Positions 28,344 through 38,617 of a stretch of 64,000 nucleotides of DNA are shown one piece after another. The stretch spans positions 26,991-90,990 of the forward strand of contig CAZKIH010000014.1 of assembly GCA_964552775.1 (NCBI GenBank), in the 5' to 3' direction. Position 1 is the stretch's first letter. Each line of letters opens with the position of its first letter. The DNA comes from an uncultured Ignavibacteria bacterium (lineage in GTDB: Bacteria > Zixibacteria > MSB-5A5 > CAIYYT01). Both the position numbers and the translations under genes were made by a program. A model generated the notes under the pieces. It had not been told where the DNA came from and did no database searches. It was given only the letters and a program-made list of their open reading frames with translations.

Positions 28344-28730
28344 TCATCGTCCGGTTGTTGAAGCCAGGTCGCCCCCGGCCAAAATCTCTTGATTGCCAAA
28401 CTCGGATTTCTCTTTTGCTGCACCACGAATCTTACTTCCATCGAATCGCACCGAGGTCTCTGCGACCAAAATCGATAGCCCCGTGCGTTCGGCTTGATCC
28501 CACAGCTCTGCCATTAGTCGTGACGAAGAGTGGGTTCTTTGGCTCCAACGTGACAGTCCCCTGACACGAAGCACTACAAACCCGCGCGACCAGAGCTCCT
28601 TGACAGCGAGTTCAAAAGCCTCACATTCGGCATCACGATTGACCCAGACGCCGACCAGATAGGACTCCTCTGAATCACCATTGACTTGATCAGAAGACGC
28701 TTTTCGGCACAAAAACTCAAGAAGTAGCAT
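28344..28730 (-). CDS. Hypothetical protein
   Basis: 128-aa ORF with reasonable codon usage; no recognisable motif. Confidence 0.3.
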   Translation of the reverse strand: MLLLEFLCRKASSDQVNGDSEESYLVGVWVNRDAECEAFELAVKELWSRGFVVLRVRGLSRWSQRTHSSSRLMAELWDQAERTGLSILVAETSVRFDGSKIRGAAKEKSEFGNQEILAGGDLASTTGR

Positions 28731-29051
28731 CGGTATACCCCACCGTTTTATCCATGTTATTTGAACTCAAGAATAGCAACCCGACCCTCCATGTCAAGGA
28801 CGAAAACGCCTATTTGCACCAATTCTTGGTCAAAAGCGCTATCCCGGCCTCGAGTCAAAGCCATCAGAATTTTTCTACAAATCCGCCCCTTCGCTCCTAT
28901 AGAGAATAAAGAGTCCACAAAAATGGTCAAATCACGCCATAACTGGTGTGTTTGGCAGACATTGACAGACATTGGAGATACTGCCCTGATGACGCCAAAT
29001 CCAAGAACCGAAATTGGGCAATTGCACATTTAAAGGGCCGAAGGAGAAGTT

Positions 29052-32000
29052 ATGAAGAATCTTTCTCACATCTTAAGTGAACGGAGGGAGGCAACTATGT
29101 CGTTGTTAAAGGCAAAAAAAATCGTCTGGCAGGTTTTGATACTAAGTGGCTTGCTCTTGTCGAATTCGTTGGTGTTCGGGCAAGTATCACCGCCCTGCAA
29201 ATTCGGTAACTCAGTTGAATTTCACCAGATTGGTGATTCAGTCAAAGTACCGTCAGTTGCCCTTAACAACATGCCGCAGGGGACAGTGGAGGCATGGGTC
29301 AAATTCGACAACTTGAATAGTGCTTCCCCACACTTTGGTGAAATGTTCATAGTTAGCAGGGCGAAGGCACCAGGCGGGGACTTCCGTCTCGAAAAGGCAC
29401 GCACTACTGTACCGGAAGCCAACAAGTTCGTATTTAGTCTGGATAATGGAAATACTAACCTCTATTCAACGACGGTTGCCCAAGTCAAGACATGGTATCA
29501 TGTAGCTTGCACCTGGGATGGAGTCGAGTGGCAAATTTACGTCAACGGTATCTTAGAAAACTCGCTGCCGGATACCAGGACTCTTCCAAACAACAACTCA
29601 TTGTCGGTATTGGTGGGCGCCTACAACTATTCGGTTGCGGCGACAGCAGTTTCGTTCGATGGCACGATCGATGAAATTCGAATAAGTAATATTGTTCGTA
29701 CCCCGTCCGATTTCTGCCTGACTGGCGAATGTGGATCAGACGACAATACGGTGGCACTCTGGCACTTCAACGAGACAACGGGAGCAGCCGCATCCGATGC
29801 GACGGGGCATGGGTATGACGGAATGATTCATGGGGCGACGCATGTGAATTGTACTGCGTCAACGGCAGCCTGCAGCAATTTCGACACCCCAGCTAACCTT
29901 GCTGCGGATTGGATTACCGTTCAGGGCAGCCATTCCGTGGTAAGTACGCCGACTCCGCATCAAGGCACGGGTGCTCTTAGAACTCAGGAACCGGGCGGTT
30001 CTAATCCCTACTCCCTCCTGAAGCACCGCGACCTTCAAGCAAGTGGTGGTGAATACAATTTCTGGTTCTACCAGTCGAACACGGTTGGCGGGGCTGTGTT
30101 CATGCAATCCGACCCTGGGGGAGGAAACCCTTCGACCGGGGCCGCGCGGTGCTATCGGATGGGATTCACAGCAAACGACGGGTTTGCCGGGGGTACCATG
30201 GATTTCGGCAGGATCAATTCTGACGGCACTTCGACGCAGCTCTGGGGATATCATGCGCCTCCCTTTGTGATGAATCAGTGGGTAAATTTCTTTGTCCGCT
30301 TCGGAGAGGGTGGCGTAATCCAAGTTGGATTCATCCAGGGCAACACTAGCTTCAGTCAATCTTTCGTTGACCCGGATCCAATCACGCAGCCCGGTGAATT
30401 CTACCTGCTCTCCGATCGAACAAATTACTTCGATGACGTATGCTTCAACCCAGTCGCAGTTGAGCCGGCGAATTACAGCGAAGCAGAATTTGGTGGTTCG
30501 CACTGCTTCAATGGCGTCGACGATTACATTACGGTTGCCAACAGTCCTTCACTCGACCTTGGGTCAACCTACACGATTGAGGCCTGGATCAAAATGCGAA
30601 ACTTGCCATACTTGGACGACTATACAATTGTATCTAAATGGGCCGGCAGCGAGTCGGGTGGATATCTATTTGCAATCACGGGCGGTTTTTCTCCCCGTGG
30701 CAGATTGATGCTCTATGCCGGTTTCTCCGTATATGCGACTTCAGCTATGACTCTTACCCCTGAAGTCTGGCATCATGTGGCTGTGACTTACGACGGACAG
30801 GCTATAAGGTTCATCGTTGATGGCACCTCGGAAGAAGCAGTAGATGCGCCAGGAGGAACGGCAACTAATAGTGTGCCTTTGACAATCGGTATCAACGCTA
30901 ACCACTTTACAGATCCAAGTGAGGATCCTAACTACTTCAGAGGGCAGATTGATGAAGTGCTGATCAGCAATCGGGTGAAATTGCCATCAGAGTTCTGCCT
31001 CACGGCACCTTGCATCCCCGATTTACACGGGTCTACTGCTGCGCTCTGGCATTTCGATGAGGCAGACATTTCTGACGCCAGCGGTAGGAATAATTCGGGA
31101 ACGGTAGTGGGGAGTGGGTGCGAAGGATGCCCCGGCTCTCCTGTGCTGACAGCTGAAGCTACCTGCAATAATATCACTCTGTATTGGGACGAAGTCGCAA
31201 ATGCCGATCAATATCAGATCATCAGAAACGACATTCGCATAGTCAGTCTTCCCTCGGGAACAACGACGTATATTGATAATACCGTGATTCAGGGTTCACC
31301 CAACTATCAGGTAAGAGCACTTAGGGCTGGCTGCAGTGACGGCACCTCAGAATTAGTACATATTGGGCTTCTGGAAATTCCTGCTCCCCCATCGCAAATC
31401 GAGACCACACCACGCCTCGCCGCCATTGAGGTTGAGTGGCAGGCTGTACAAAAGGCAACTTCTTATGAGCTGTATGAAGATGACCAACTCATCGGAAGAA
31501 CAATCGACACAAAGTACCTTAGTAGTGTGAGTCGCGGCACTCATTGCTACCAAGTGAAATCTGTTAACGATTGCGGCAAGAGTGAATTGTCCAGTCCTGT
31601 GTGCGACGAGGCTCGTTTTGAAGTATCATGTTGTGGTACAGTTTACGCAGATAGAAATGGAAATGAAGTCCATGATGTGGGCGAAGAGATCGCGGGCGCC
31701 AGTGTCTTTGTATTGGATCCAGAATTCGGCTTCTTCCCTTTGCACGCAACCTCCAGCGATCCGTCGGGCAGATTCTGCCTGACAGTACCATACCATAGAC
31801 TTGGGCAACTATGGGCTTACGCAGGGGACTACAGCAGTGAAAAGGAGGCAATGTTCTTCACTCGCGATGAAACAGACCACAAACTAGCGACCTTTAGATT
31901 CGGCCCGTGCCTCCATTTGTCTGCGGCCGACCAGTGCCTTCAGTCAACTGCAACGCTGGTTCCTGTTCTTAGTGCCGTCCCAACCGGAATGGGACTCATG

Positions 32001-33815
32001 AACAAAATGTGCGAAATTCGCGACTGTTTTGAAAAAGGCGATTATCTCGGAATGGCCAATCATATCCGAGAAATGAGGGAGCTATCTGCGTCATTTGTTT
32101 TGAAGCTGGCCGCTGCAATACCCGGTCTTGGTTTTCTCCAGTTAGCCGAGATCAAGAAGTACGCAAATGCCTCTGTAGATTGCCAAACCACTCTGTTGGA
32201 AGAGCAATGTCCCCTCTTGGATGTGATTTGCCTAGCTGCAAATGGTGGTGCCTGTGATTATGACCACCCATACTTCATGGTATCAAAGCGAAGCCCTGTA
32301 ACTCTGCAGATCGTCGGTCAAAACGGCGACACTATTAGCGATGAAGTGGAAGCAACTAGCGGTGCTAACCCAGGTAGTGTTGGAGGGTTTCTGGTCAGCA
32401 CTGATCGAATTCACTCTCTCGGCATGGCAATGGACAGCCTGCAGTCATACACGATCGTAGCTACAGGCGATGAGACCTCAAGTGCTGGCACTACATGCGG
32501 AATGTCGCTCGTTTTGTATCCGGGTACCGGCCGAGCATTTAGCCTAATTTTCGAGGGCATACCTGTGGTTCCGGGTACTCGCGCCAGTATCACGATTGGG
32601 GACAGAGGCAGCAGAGTATCAGCGGCAAGTTTAGATTACGATGGAGATGGGACTCCCGAATCCGTTGTTCTGCCTTCTGCATCCAGCGATAGTAATACGA
32701 TTCAGATCAAATGCTTTGTGCAGGGCAATCTTTCAACCGCTGGCATTGCCGCCAACGTCTACGATGCCGCCGATAATCTAGTTGCTTCGCTCGTTACCGA
32801 TCAGAACGGCCGCTGCGAAACCAGCAAACTCATGATCGGTGAGTATCGAGTGGTTCTCGAATCACCCCTCGGCTACACCTGCAACGAACCAATCAAGACA
32901 GTAGTATTAATCACCGACTCGGCAACTGTCAATTTTGAATTGACCAAACTCAATATTACTCCCCAGCAGCGCTCTCGCGACTATTGGGCTGGTCAACTCA
33001 CTAAGGTCTTGCAGAATAAACGTGCGGACTTCACCAAAGCGCAATTCTCGAGATTCGCCGGCTTGATCTCGCAACACTTCAACGACAACCTCCTAAACTC
33101 AGTTGCAACTTATGTCGTTCCACAACCGGCAAATCAAAACGACAGTCTGATCATGATGAAGAAGCTCCTGACCTTTGGCTGCACCGAAGTCAACGAGCCA
33201 TTCCTGAAGAAGGTCGCCAAAGGCGAACTTGTTGCTCTGATGCTCAATGTGGCTGCCGGCAAGGTAAGTCAGACTCACATTGTTTCTCACGATGGAGTGA
33301 CTCTTAGTCAGGCAATCACCTATTGTGACATGCTGATCAACGAGGCCGATTGCCCGATAGGCACTGTACCATCGTGGTTCATGCCCGGATATCCTAACCG
33401 ACTTGAGATAATGCGCTATCTCAAGGCGGCCTTTGTGGCGGGCCTGATCAACATCGGAGTCACGTTGCCTTCCGGGCAGATTCCGCTGGACATCATGGAC
33501 ATCGCGTACAAAGAGTTTGCGACTCAACCAATCCCGACCGCTTTTGAATTGAGCCAGAATCATCCCAACCCCTTCAATCCAATCACGACGATTCGTTTTG
33601 CCATCCCGCAGGCAGGGAATGTGCAACTTGAAGTTTTGAATGTGATCGGACAGCGGGTTCGCACGCTCGTCGATGAGACCAAACCGGCCGGTACCCACGA
33701 AGTCCAATGGGATGGACGCGACAGCAACGGCAATGCTGTCTCATCTGGTGTCTATCTCTATCGCATCAAGGTAGGCGAATTCACCGCGACCAAAAAGATG
33801 GTGCTGATGAAGTAA
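29052..33815 (+). CDS. Giant (1587 aa) T9SS-secreted protein with two LamG/concanavalin-like lectin domains, FN3-like and SdrD-B/Cna-B-like modules, T9SS type-A C-terminal sorting domain
   Basis: AAGGAG RBS then ATG; signal peptide; two LamG-like modules (TWYHVACTWDGVEWQIYVNG, EVWHHVAVTYDGQAIRFIVDG); CCGTVYADRNGNEVHDVGEEIAGASVFVLD; C-terminus LSQNHPNPFNPITTIRFAIP...GVYLYRIKVGEFTATKKMVLMK. Confidence 0.85.
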   Translation: MKNLSHILSERREATMSLLKAKKIVWQVLILSGLLLSNSLVFGQVSPPCKFGNSVEFHQIGDSVKVPSVALNNMPQGTVEAWVKFDNLNSASPHFGEMFIVSRAKAPGGDFRLEKARTTVPEANKFVFSLDNGNTNLYSTTVAQVKTWYHVACTWDGVEWQIYVNGILENSLPDTRTLPNNNSLSVLVGAYNYSVAATAVSFDGTIDEIRISNIVRTPSDFCLTGECGSDDNTVALWHFNETTGAAASDATGHGYDGMIHGATHVNCTASTAACSNFDTPANLAADWITVQGSHSVVSTPTPHQGTGALRTQEPGGSNPYSLLKHRDLQASGGEYNFWFYQSNTVGGAVFMQSDPGGGNPSTGAARCYRMGFTANDGFAGGTMDFGRINSDGTSTQLWGYHAPPFVMNQWVNFFVRFGEGGVIQVGFIQGNTSFSQSFVDPDPITQPGEFYLLSDRTNYFDDVCFNPVAVEPANYSEAEFGGSHCFNGVDDYITVANSPSLDLGSTYTIEAWIKMRNLPYLDDYTIVSKWAGSESGGYLFAITGGFSPRGRLMLYAGFSVYATSAMTLTPEVWHHVAVTYDGQAIRFIVDGTSEEAVDAPGGTATNSVPLTIGINANHFTDPSEDPNYFRGQIDEVLISNRVKLPSEFCLTAPCIPDLHGSTAALWHFDEADISDASGRNNSGTVVGSGCEGCPGSPVLTAEATCNNITLYWDEVANADQYQIIRNDIRIVSLPSGTTTYIDNTVIQGSPNYQVRALRAGCSDGTSELVHIGLLEIPAPPSQIETTPRLAAIEVEWQAVQKATSYELYEDDQLIGRTIDTKYLSSVSRGTHCYQVKSVNDCGKSELSSPVCDEARFEVSCCGTVYADRNGNEVHDVGEEIAGASVFVLDPEFGFFPLHATSSDPSGRFCLTVPYHRLGQLWAYAGDYSSEKEAMFFTRDETDHKLATFRFGPCLHLSAADQCLQSTATLVPVLSAVPTGMGLMNKMCEIRDCFEKGDYLGMANHIREMRELSASFVLKLAAAIPGLGFLQLAEIKKYANASVDCQTTLLEEQCPLLDVICLAANGGACDYDHPYFMVSKRSPVTLQIVGQNGDTISDEVEATSGANPGSVGGFLVSTDRIHSLGMAMDSLQSYTIVATGDETSSAGTTCGMSLVLYPGTGRAFSLIFEGIPVVPGTRASITIGDRGSRVSAASLDYDGDGTPESVVLPSASSDSNTIQIKCFVQGNLSTAGIAANVYDAADNLVASLVTDQNGRCETSKLMIGEYRVVLESPLGYTCNEPIKTVVLITDSATVNFELTKLNITPQQRSRDYWAGQLTKVLQNKRADFTKAQFSRFAGLISQHFNDNLLNSVATYVVPQPANQNDSLIMMKKLLTFGCTEVNEPFLKKVAKGELVALMLNVAAGKVSQTHIVSHDGVTLSQAITYCDMLINEADCPIGTVPSWFMPGYPNRLEIMRYLKAAFVAGLINIGVTLPSGQIPLDIMDIAYKEFATQPIPTAFELSQNHPNPFNPITTIRFAIPQAGNVQLEVLNVIGQRVRTLVDETKPAGTHEVQWDGRDSNGNAVSSGVYLYRIKVGEFTATKKMVLMK

Positions 33816-33844
33816 CAGATTTTCCAAGAGAGGCGGGGAGGAAG

Positions 33845-33886
33845 AGAGCAGGCTTGACACACGTTGAGCCTGCTTTCGTTTTTTGG
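33845..33886 (+). terminator. Rho-independent terminator
   Basis: AGCAGGCT-TGACACACGTTG-AGCCTGCT followed by TTCGTTTTTTGGG. Confidence 0.7.
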
Positions 33887-34092
33887 GACCACTCAGACGC
33901 CCACTGCATTGTTCAGGCAAACAAGCGACTGGATTGACTTGCATACAATATCGGACTCGCTCAATTCCGATACCGATCAAAGTAGTTGCGAATGTGACTC
34001 ACCATCACTATCTTTCTATCTGCATAGACCATACCTATTCTAAGATCAGCACTATAAGCGATGTCGGACGGCAGGCAGACTAGCGAATTCTC

Positions 34093-35160
34093 ATGACTTC
34101 GGAATCAGACCACAAAGGAGCGGATGACAACCAGGCTCTGAAGAACTTTCTTCAGCACGCCGGAGATCGTCATGCATTCATAGCCTTCTATCGGCTGTGT
34201 CACAATCTCGCGGTTGGCAGCTTGGGGTATCTTCAAAGGCGCGGCTATCGACTGCCCGTCGGACCGCACAATTCGTTCTCGAGTATTTCTGATTTGGCTA
34301 TCGACATTCTCGGCACATTCCTGCGCGTCGAAAAGAACAGAAAGTACGGAGTGATATTTGGATATTTCGCAAGGGAAGGCATTGTTGAATTCGATGGCGT
34401 TGATCCGCTAGTCTTGATGTACAAGTTCCGGGCACTCCTTCTGGGCTACGTCAGGCAGGAACTGTATCGCATCACTCAGCAGGAGTATCCCGATGCCGCG
34501 GATCTGAAAAGGCGGCTGAATCGAATCCTCTCTGGCGACAATTATTCCACACTTTCACTCGACGGGAAATCTGACCTGGTCTGTCTGAAGAATGCGAATG
34601 AAATCACCTTTATGAGTAAGCCACTAATCCCCTCCAACATCATGGATTACGTAGCTGAAGAGGCGTATCTCACCACTCGCACGATCGAGGAGTGGTGTGC
34701 CAAGATATTCGAGCTGTTGGCGCTTCGCGACGAATACCTCACAGCCATCCCACGCCATCAGCTATTGGCGGCAGCGGTTAAGATCTCAGGCACTCATCTC
34801 GAGATCGACGCCATACCTCCATCAGCCCTCCCAACGCCTGAGCAAATGATGATTGCTTCGGAACTGGAGAAATTGCGAGAAGAGGTTTCGGTATTTGTCC
34901 GTACCGCCGTAATAGACAGCTTTGTCCGTAAGGGCAGGATATCGGCAGAAACAGGGGTTAACTTTCTGAAGGCTGCCGAGCTCTTTCTGGCCGACAAGTG
35001 CAACGGTGGCCAAGTTGACCTGTTGCCCGCCTATTTCCGGGAAACCATGCCGGAATCCGAGCACGAGAAATATCTGAATCACTACAAGTACGTCTTCGAG
35101 ACAGTCATAAATCGGGCTGAGGAAGAATTTGTCGAACGGATTAAGAGAAAATTTCGATAA
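34093..35160 (+). CDS. Divergent sigma-70 (ECF-like) family protein with long C-terminal region
   Basis: N-terminus ALKNFLQHAGDRHAFIAFYRLCHNLAVGSLGYLQRRGY...ISDLAIDILGTFL resembles sigma-70 region 2 (inference from pattern); a weak region-4-like stretch LEKLREEVSVFVRTAVIDSF...RISAETGVNF; first gene of a 3-gene operon. Confidence 0.45.
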   Translation: MTSESDHKGADDNQALKNFLQHAGDRHAFIAFYRLCHNLAVGSLGYLQRRGYRLPVGPHNSFSSISDLAIDILGTFLRVEKNRKYGVIFGYFAREGIVEFDGVDPLVLMYKFRALLLGYVRQELYRITQQEYPDAADLKRRLNRILSGDNYSTLSLDGKSDLVCLKNANEITFMSKPLIPSNIMDYVAEEAYLTTRTIEEWCAKIFELLALRDEYLTAIPRHQLLAAAVKISGTHLEIDAIPPSALPTPEQMMIASELEKLREEVSVFVRTAVIDSFVRKGRISAETGVNFLKAAELFLADKCNGGQVDLLPAYFRETMPESEHEKYLNHYKYVFETVINRAEEEFVERIKRKFR

Positions 35161-35211
35161 TTCGGCAATTGTAACACTACTCTCAGGACGAGGAGGGTCA
35201 AAGGACTCACT

Positions 35212-36054
35212 ATGCATCCATTGCGCGAAGAACTAAATCGGCTCGCCGAAGGACTCGAGACGGCCGAGTCTATAATTGTCCACGTCCGTGATTGCGAATT
35301 TTGCAGCACTTACTGTGAACGATTCAAGATGCTATTGTCTTCCGTCGAATCGGCCGAAGTCCTTGATCCATCAGCAATCGCTGACATTGCAGCAGGCATC
35401 TTTGAAGCAACTACTTCATCGAAGATCATTCCTTTATCGCGAATGATCCATGACCGACTGTCGGCTCAGCGCCTTCTGGCAGCCGACGGCGGGCGTGCCA
35501 ACGAACCCTCTCTGCAGAACCTGTCAACATGGTATTCACAGGAGCAGGACATCGTTGTTCGCGTAATGCGTGACACAAGGCGTGCTGTCGATTTTCTGCA
35601 AGTAATCGCTCCCGACGAATCACTGATGGCGCACGTACTTATTGAATCGGTAGATGCGAGGCTTGCTTACGTGACAGACAACCTCGGCAAAGTAGAATTC
35701 GGTATGATGCAGATCGAGGATATCGCCTCGGTGAAGTGGCAGATTAAACTCCCCGAGGCCGTCTTCCGACTCGACTTGCTTGCCTACGATCCAGAACATA
35801 TCAAGAGCGAGACTGATACGATTCTCGTCTCTCCGGGCGGAGATAAGGTGAGCATCAAGCTGCAGAATAAGACCGAGGGCAAAGAAATTCTTGTCCGTGT
35901 GCTTGCACTCGATGGGAACGACCGTTATCAGCACGCGCGTATTGCCATTACCTCGAATAGCGGATCAGAGATTAAGGCGGTCACTCCAAAAGATGCCATG
36001 AAGTTCGCGCTGATTGACGCAAACACCGAAATCGGCATCCGGATATTCGACTAA
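35212..36054 (+). CDS. Putative zinc-finger (ZAS, zf-HC2) anti-sigma factor, soluble
   Basis: LREELNRLAEGLETAESIIVHVRDCEFCSTYCERFKMLL carries the H-x3-C-x2-C ZAS signature at the N-terminus; no TM segment; stop is 1 nt before the next gene's ATG. Confidence 0.6.
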   Translation: MHPLREELNRLAEGLETAESIIVHVRDCEFCSTYCERFKMLLSSVESAEVLDPSAIADIAAGIFEATTSSKIIPLSRMIHDRLSAQRLLAADGGRANEPSLQNLSTWYSQEQDIVVRVMRDTRRAVDFLQVIAPDESLMAHVLIESVDARLAYVTDNLGKVEFGMMQIEDIASVKWQIKLPEAVFRLDLLAYDPEHIKSETDTILVSPGGDKVSIKLQNKTEGKEILVRVLALDGNDRYQHARIAITSNSGSEIKAVTPKDAMKFALIDANTEIGIRIFD

Positions 36055-36055
36055 T

Positions 36056-38443
36056 ATGGCAACGTCACCGGTAGAATTCGCGGCGGCATTCGAGCGACTT
36101 CGCAACCATCTGTCAGTTAATTTCGAGGACGACAGCTCAATCCTTCAGCTTCTTGAGTTCTGGCCAAAGCTCGCGCCACTTCGCGAGAATCCCGCATACT
36201 CCAGTTATGTCGCCGAGTATCTTGCCTTTCTCGAAGCGGCACTCACAGATGACAATCTTCGCGATCTGTCGATTGATGAACTAACTCAACTCGAAGCGCT
36301 TTGCCTGGACTCAGGCATGAAGGTCGACCTCCTTCAGTCGGTGCAGAAACAGATTGCCCGCCAGTTCTTCTTTGTTGGAAAACTTGATGAAGGTCTGGCA
36401 GCTTGTATTCGAGTGTCGAAGGAAAACGCGGTAGTCGAAAGGCGGCCCTCTCCGGAGAGCAGCCTGACCGAATTTGAATCATTCCGGGCGTTTGCAAATA
36501 CCATCGACGACCAGTGGCCCAATACCAAGATACTGCTTACTGACATTGCTTCGGAGTGGCAAAGCGAACGCGAATTTGTGTGGTTCGACCGAATCAATTG
36601 TCTGTTTGTGCGGATGACTGCCATCGACGATAAACCGCGCGGTAAGCTGCGTGCGCTGACAGGGTCAGTCGAAGAGCGTGGTCGCAATTGCCAGAACGAT
36701 GAGGTCACATTCGACAACCAACTTCGGGCGTCGGATGATCCAATGGTCGGCGTCGCCTATCAGGCAATGGTCGCCACTCGCCATTACCTTCGGTCGACGG
36801 GGCACCCGCGGCTCGGCTCGGTCTACTACCACGCCCATTTCTCAGTGGCCGACAAACAGACAGCCTATACCGGAGATTCAATCGGCATTGCGACCGCACT
36901 ATTGGCCTACGCGCAGCTGTTGCACACTGAAGCTTTGCGCCATGACCACCTGCTTCCCGGCGACGTCGCCTGTACTGGCGGTATCGATGAAGCAGGAAAG
37001 GTCACGCCAATCAATGGCGATACCCTTCACGCCAAAATCGAACGGGCGTTCTTCTCGCATATCAAATATCTGGCCCTGCCTGTAGCTAATGCAACGCAAG
37101 CGCGACGCTACCTCGACACCCTACAAATCGAATATCCCGCGCGGCAGCTTGTCTTGTTGCCAGTGAACTCATTGAGTGCTGCCATCAACGATCACAACAT
37201 AGTTCGCCCCGAGAAGGTCTGCATCGGCGAGTTCGTCGCCAAGAAGGCAGTCAGGTACTCACGTATGACGAAAGTACAAGTGCCGATGCTGTTGGTGTTG
37301 GCGTACTTGTTGTTGTGTGTGATTTACCCGAAGGCGTGGGTGGGGTTTGATTGGAGGCTCGAGACTATTGAGTTGGATGGCAATCGATTCAAGGCAATCA
37401 ACTCAGATGGGCAGATTATCTGGAAATCCTGTGATTTTCGCGGGGCACTTGACTCGGCAATGACTTTCGGACCACACGTTGCATTAGGTAGGCGGTACCT
37501 ATGTCCGACTGACGTTGACTCGAATGGCAGAGTGGAATTATTCGCCTCTCCGAAAATACTCGAAAGAAATGTCTGCAGCGCAGAACTCTATTTGTTCGAC
37601 TCGGATGGCAAACAGTGTTGGCCCAATCCGGTCAGAATGTTTGAACCGACAAGCTATCCGGGAGACATCTCATGGAATGATATTGGGCAGACCCTTGACT
37701 ATGTTTCGCGCGGGATCTCAATCGTTGAGGTTCAGAATTACGGCAAGTGCGTCTTTTCAACGGCGGAAGTATCGGGTCCTGCCAGAGAACAATTCATGAC
37801 GATTGATGCGTCCGGTCAAAAGGTCTCCGGCCCATATCTTATGACAGGAAGTGAAGTCCTCCGCCCGCCACTGCAGGTTGACGAAGACGATGACGGCTGG
37901 AATCACCTAATTGTATTTGGGGTCAATAGGCGAGAGGATAGAGCGTGCCTAATCGTGCTCGACCCGGCTAAACTTAGCGGCGTGAGTCCGCCCTACGATG
38001 AAGAGCTGTTTATCGTCTCTGGAATGCAGAAGGGAAGCCAGCTCTACTACGTGTCATTTCCAGAGACAAGGCTTTCGCAAGGGACCGAATATACGAATTT
38101 TGTTTCGCTGATAGTGTTCGACCCACAATCCAGTTATCCGTACAAGATCACTTTGCGGGAAGGTACGAATCGGCTTGTTGGTGATTCGATGGTAAATGTG
38201 ACAGATAACGATACTCGGCTGCCTGCTGCTGTTGTCACCTTGGATTCGAATTTCATTCCATTTTCGTACCTGTTTGGCACCGGAAGCTTTGCACACATTA
38301 ACTCTATTCTAATATCGAGCGGAAAGCAGCCTTACCCTGATCAGGACTCGCTTCAAGCTGCCCAGCTAAACGACATCATCGTATACCATGGTGATTCCAT
38401 CGTCCATCACCCAGCCGCCGGAATATTCTACAAGAGACCCTAG
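36056..38443 (+). CDS. Membrane protein with cytoplasmic Lon-like (S16) Ser-Lys protease domain, one TM helix and about 370-aa extracytoplasmic beta-rich domain
   Basis: YHAHFSVADKQTAYTGDSIGIATALLAYAQLL...DVACTGGIDEAGKVTPINGDTLHAKIERAFFSHIKYLALP aligns by eye with the Lon P-domain (DGPSAG...VAMTGEITLRG.VLPIGGLKEK...IP); TM VQVPMLLVLAYLLLCVIYP; start ATG 36056 follows the preceding stop. Confidence 0.7.
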   Translation: MATSPVEFAAAFERLRNHLSVNFEDDSSILQLLEFWPKLAPLRENPAYSSYVAEYLAFLEAALTDDNLRDLSIDELTQLEALCLDSGMKVDLLQSVQKQIARQFFFVGKLDEGLAACIRVSKENAVVERRPSPESSLTEFESFRAFANTIDDQWPNTKILLTDIASEWQSEREFVWFDRINCLFVRMTAIDDKPRGKLRALTGSVEERGRNCQNDEVTFDNQLRASDDPMVGVAYQAMVATRHYLRSTGHPRLGSVYYHAHFSVADKQTAYTGDSIGIATALLAYAQLLHTEALRHDHLLPGDVACTGGIDEAGKVTPINGDTLHAKIERAFFSHIKYLALPVANATQARRYLDTLQIEYPARQLVLLPVNSLSAAINDHNIVRPEKVCIGEFVAKKAVRYSRMTKVQVPMLLVLAYLLLCVIYPKAWVGFDWRLETIELDGNRFKAINSDGQIIWKSCDFRGALDSAMTFGPHVALGRRYLCPTDVDSNGRVELFASPKILERNVCSAELYLFDSDGKQCWPNPVRMFEPTSYPGDISWNDIGQTLDYVSRGISIVEVQNYGKCVFSTAEVSGPAREQFMTIDASGQKVSGPYLMTGSEVLRPPLQVDEDDDGWNHLIVFGVNRREDRACLIVLDPAKLSGVSPPYDEELFIVSGMQKGSQLYYVSFPETRLSQGTEYTNFVSLIVFDPQSSYPYKITLREGTNRLVGDSMVNVTDNDTRLPAAVVTLDSNFIPFSYLFGTGSFAHINSILISSGKQPYPDQDSLQAAQLNDIIVYHGDSIVHHPAAGIFYKRP

Positions 38444-38617
38444 AAAGGCATCGCCGCAATTCGGTTGCCAACAAAGTCCGCAGCTTCAGACACCCCTGAT
38501 TAGTGCGACTTGGCAAAACTACATCTCTAACGGGAAAGAATCTACAAGAACGCGACTCGCGGGCTACTCTTACCATTGTGACAGGAGTTTCAAATCACAA
38601 GAAGTAGGAGGAACGCA

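Noticed and set aside
28757-29033. Pair of fully overlapping 90-aa ORFs on opposite strands upstream of the LamG giant gene
   Set aside because: Mutually exclusive, no RBS, no motifs. The region is more likely a promoter/leader containing the direct repeat CAGACATTG x2.
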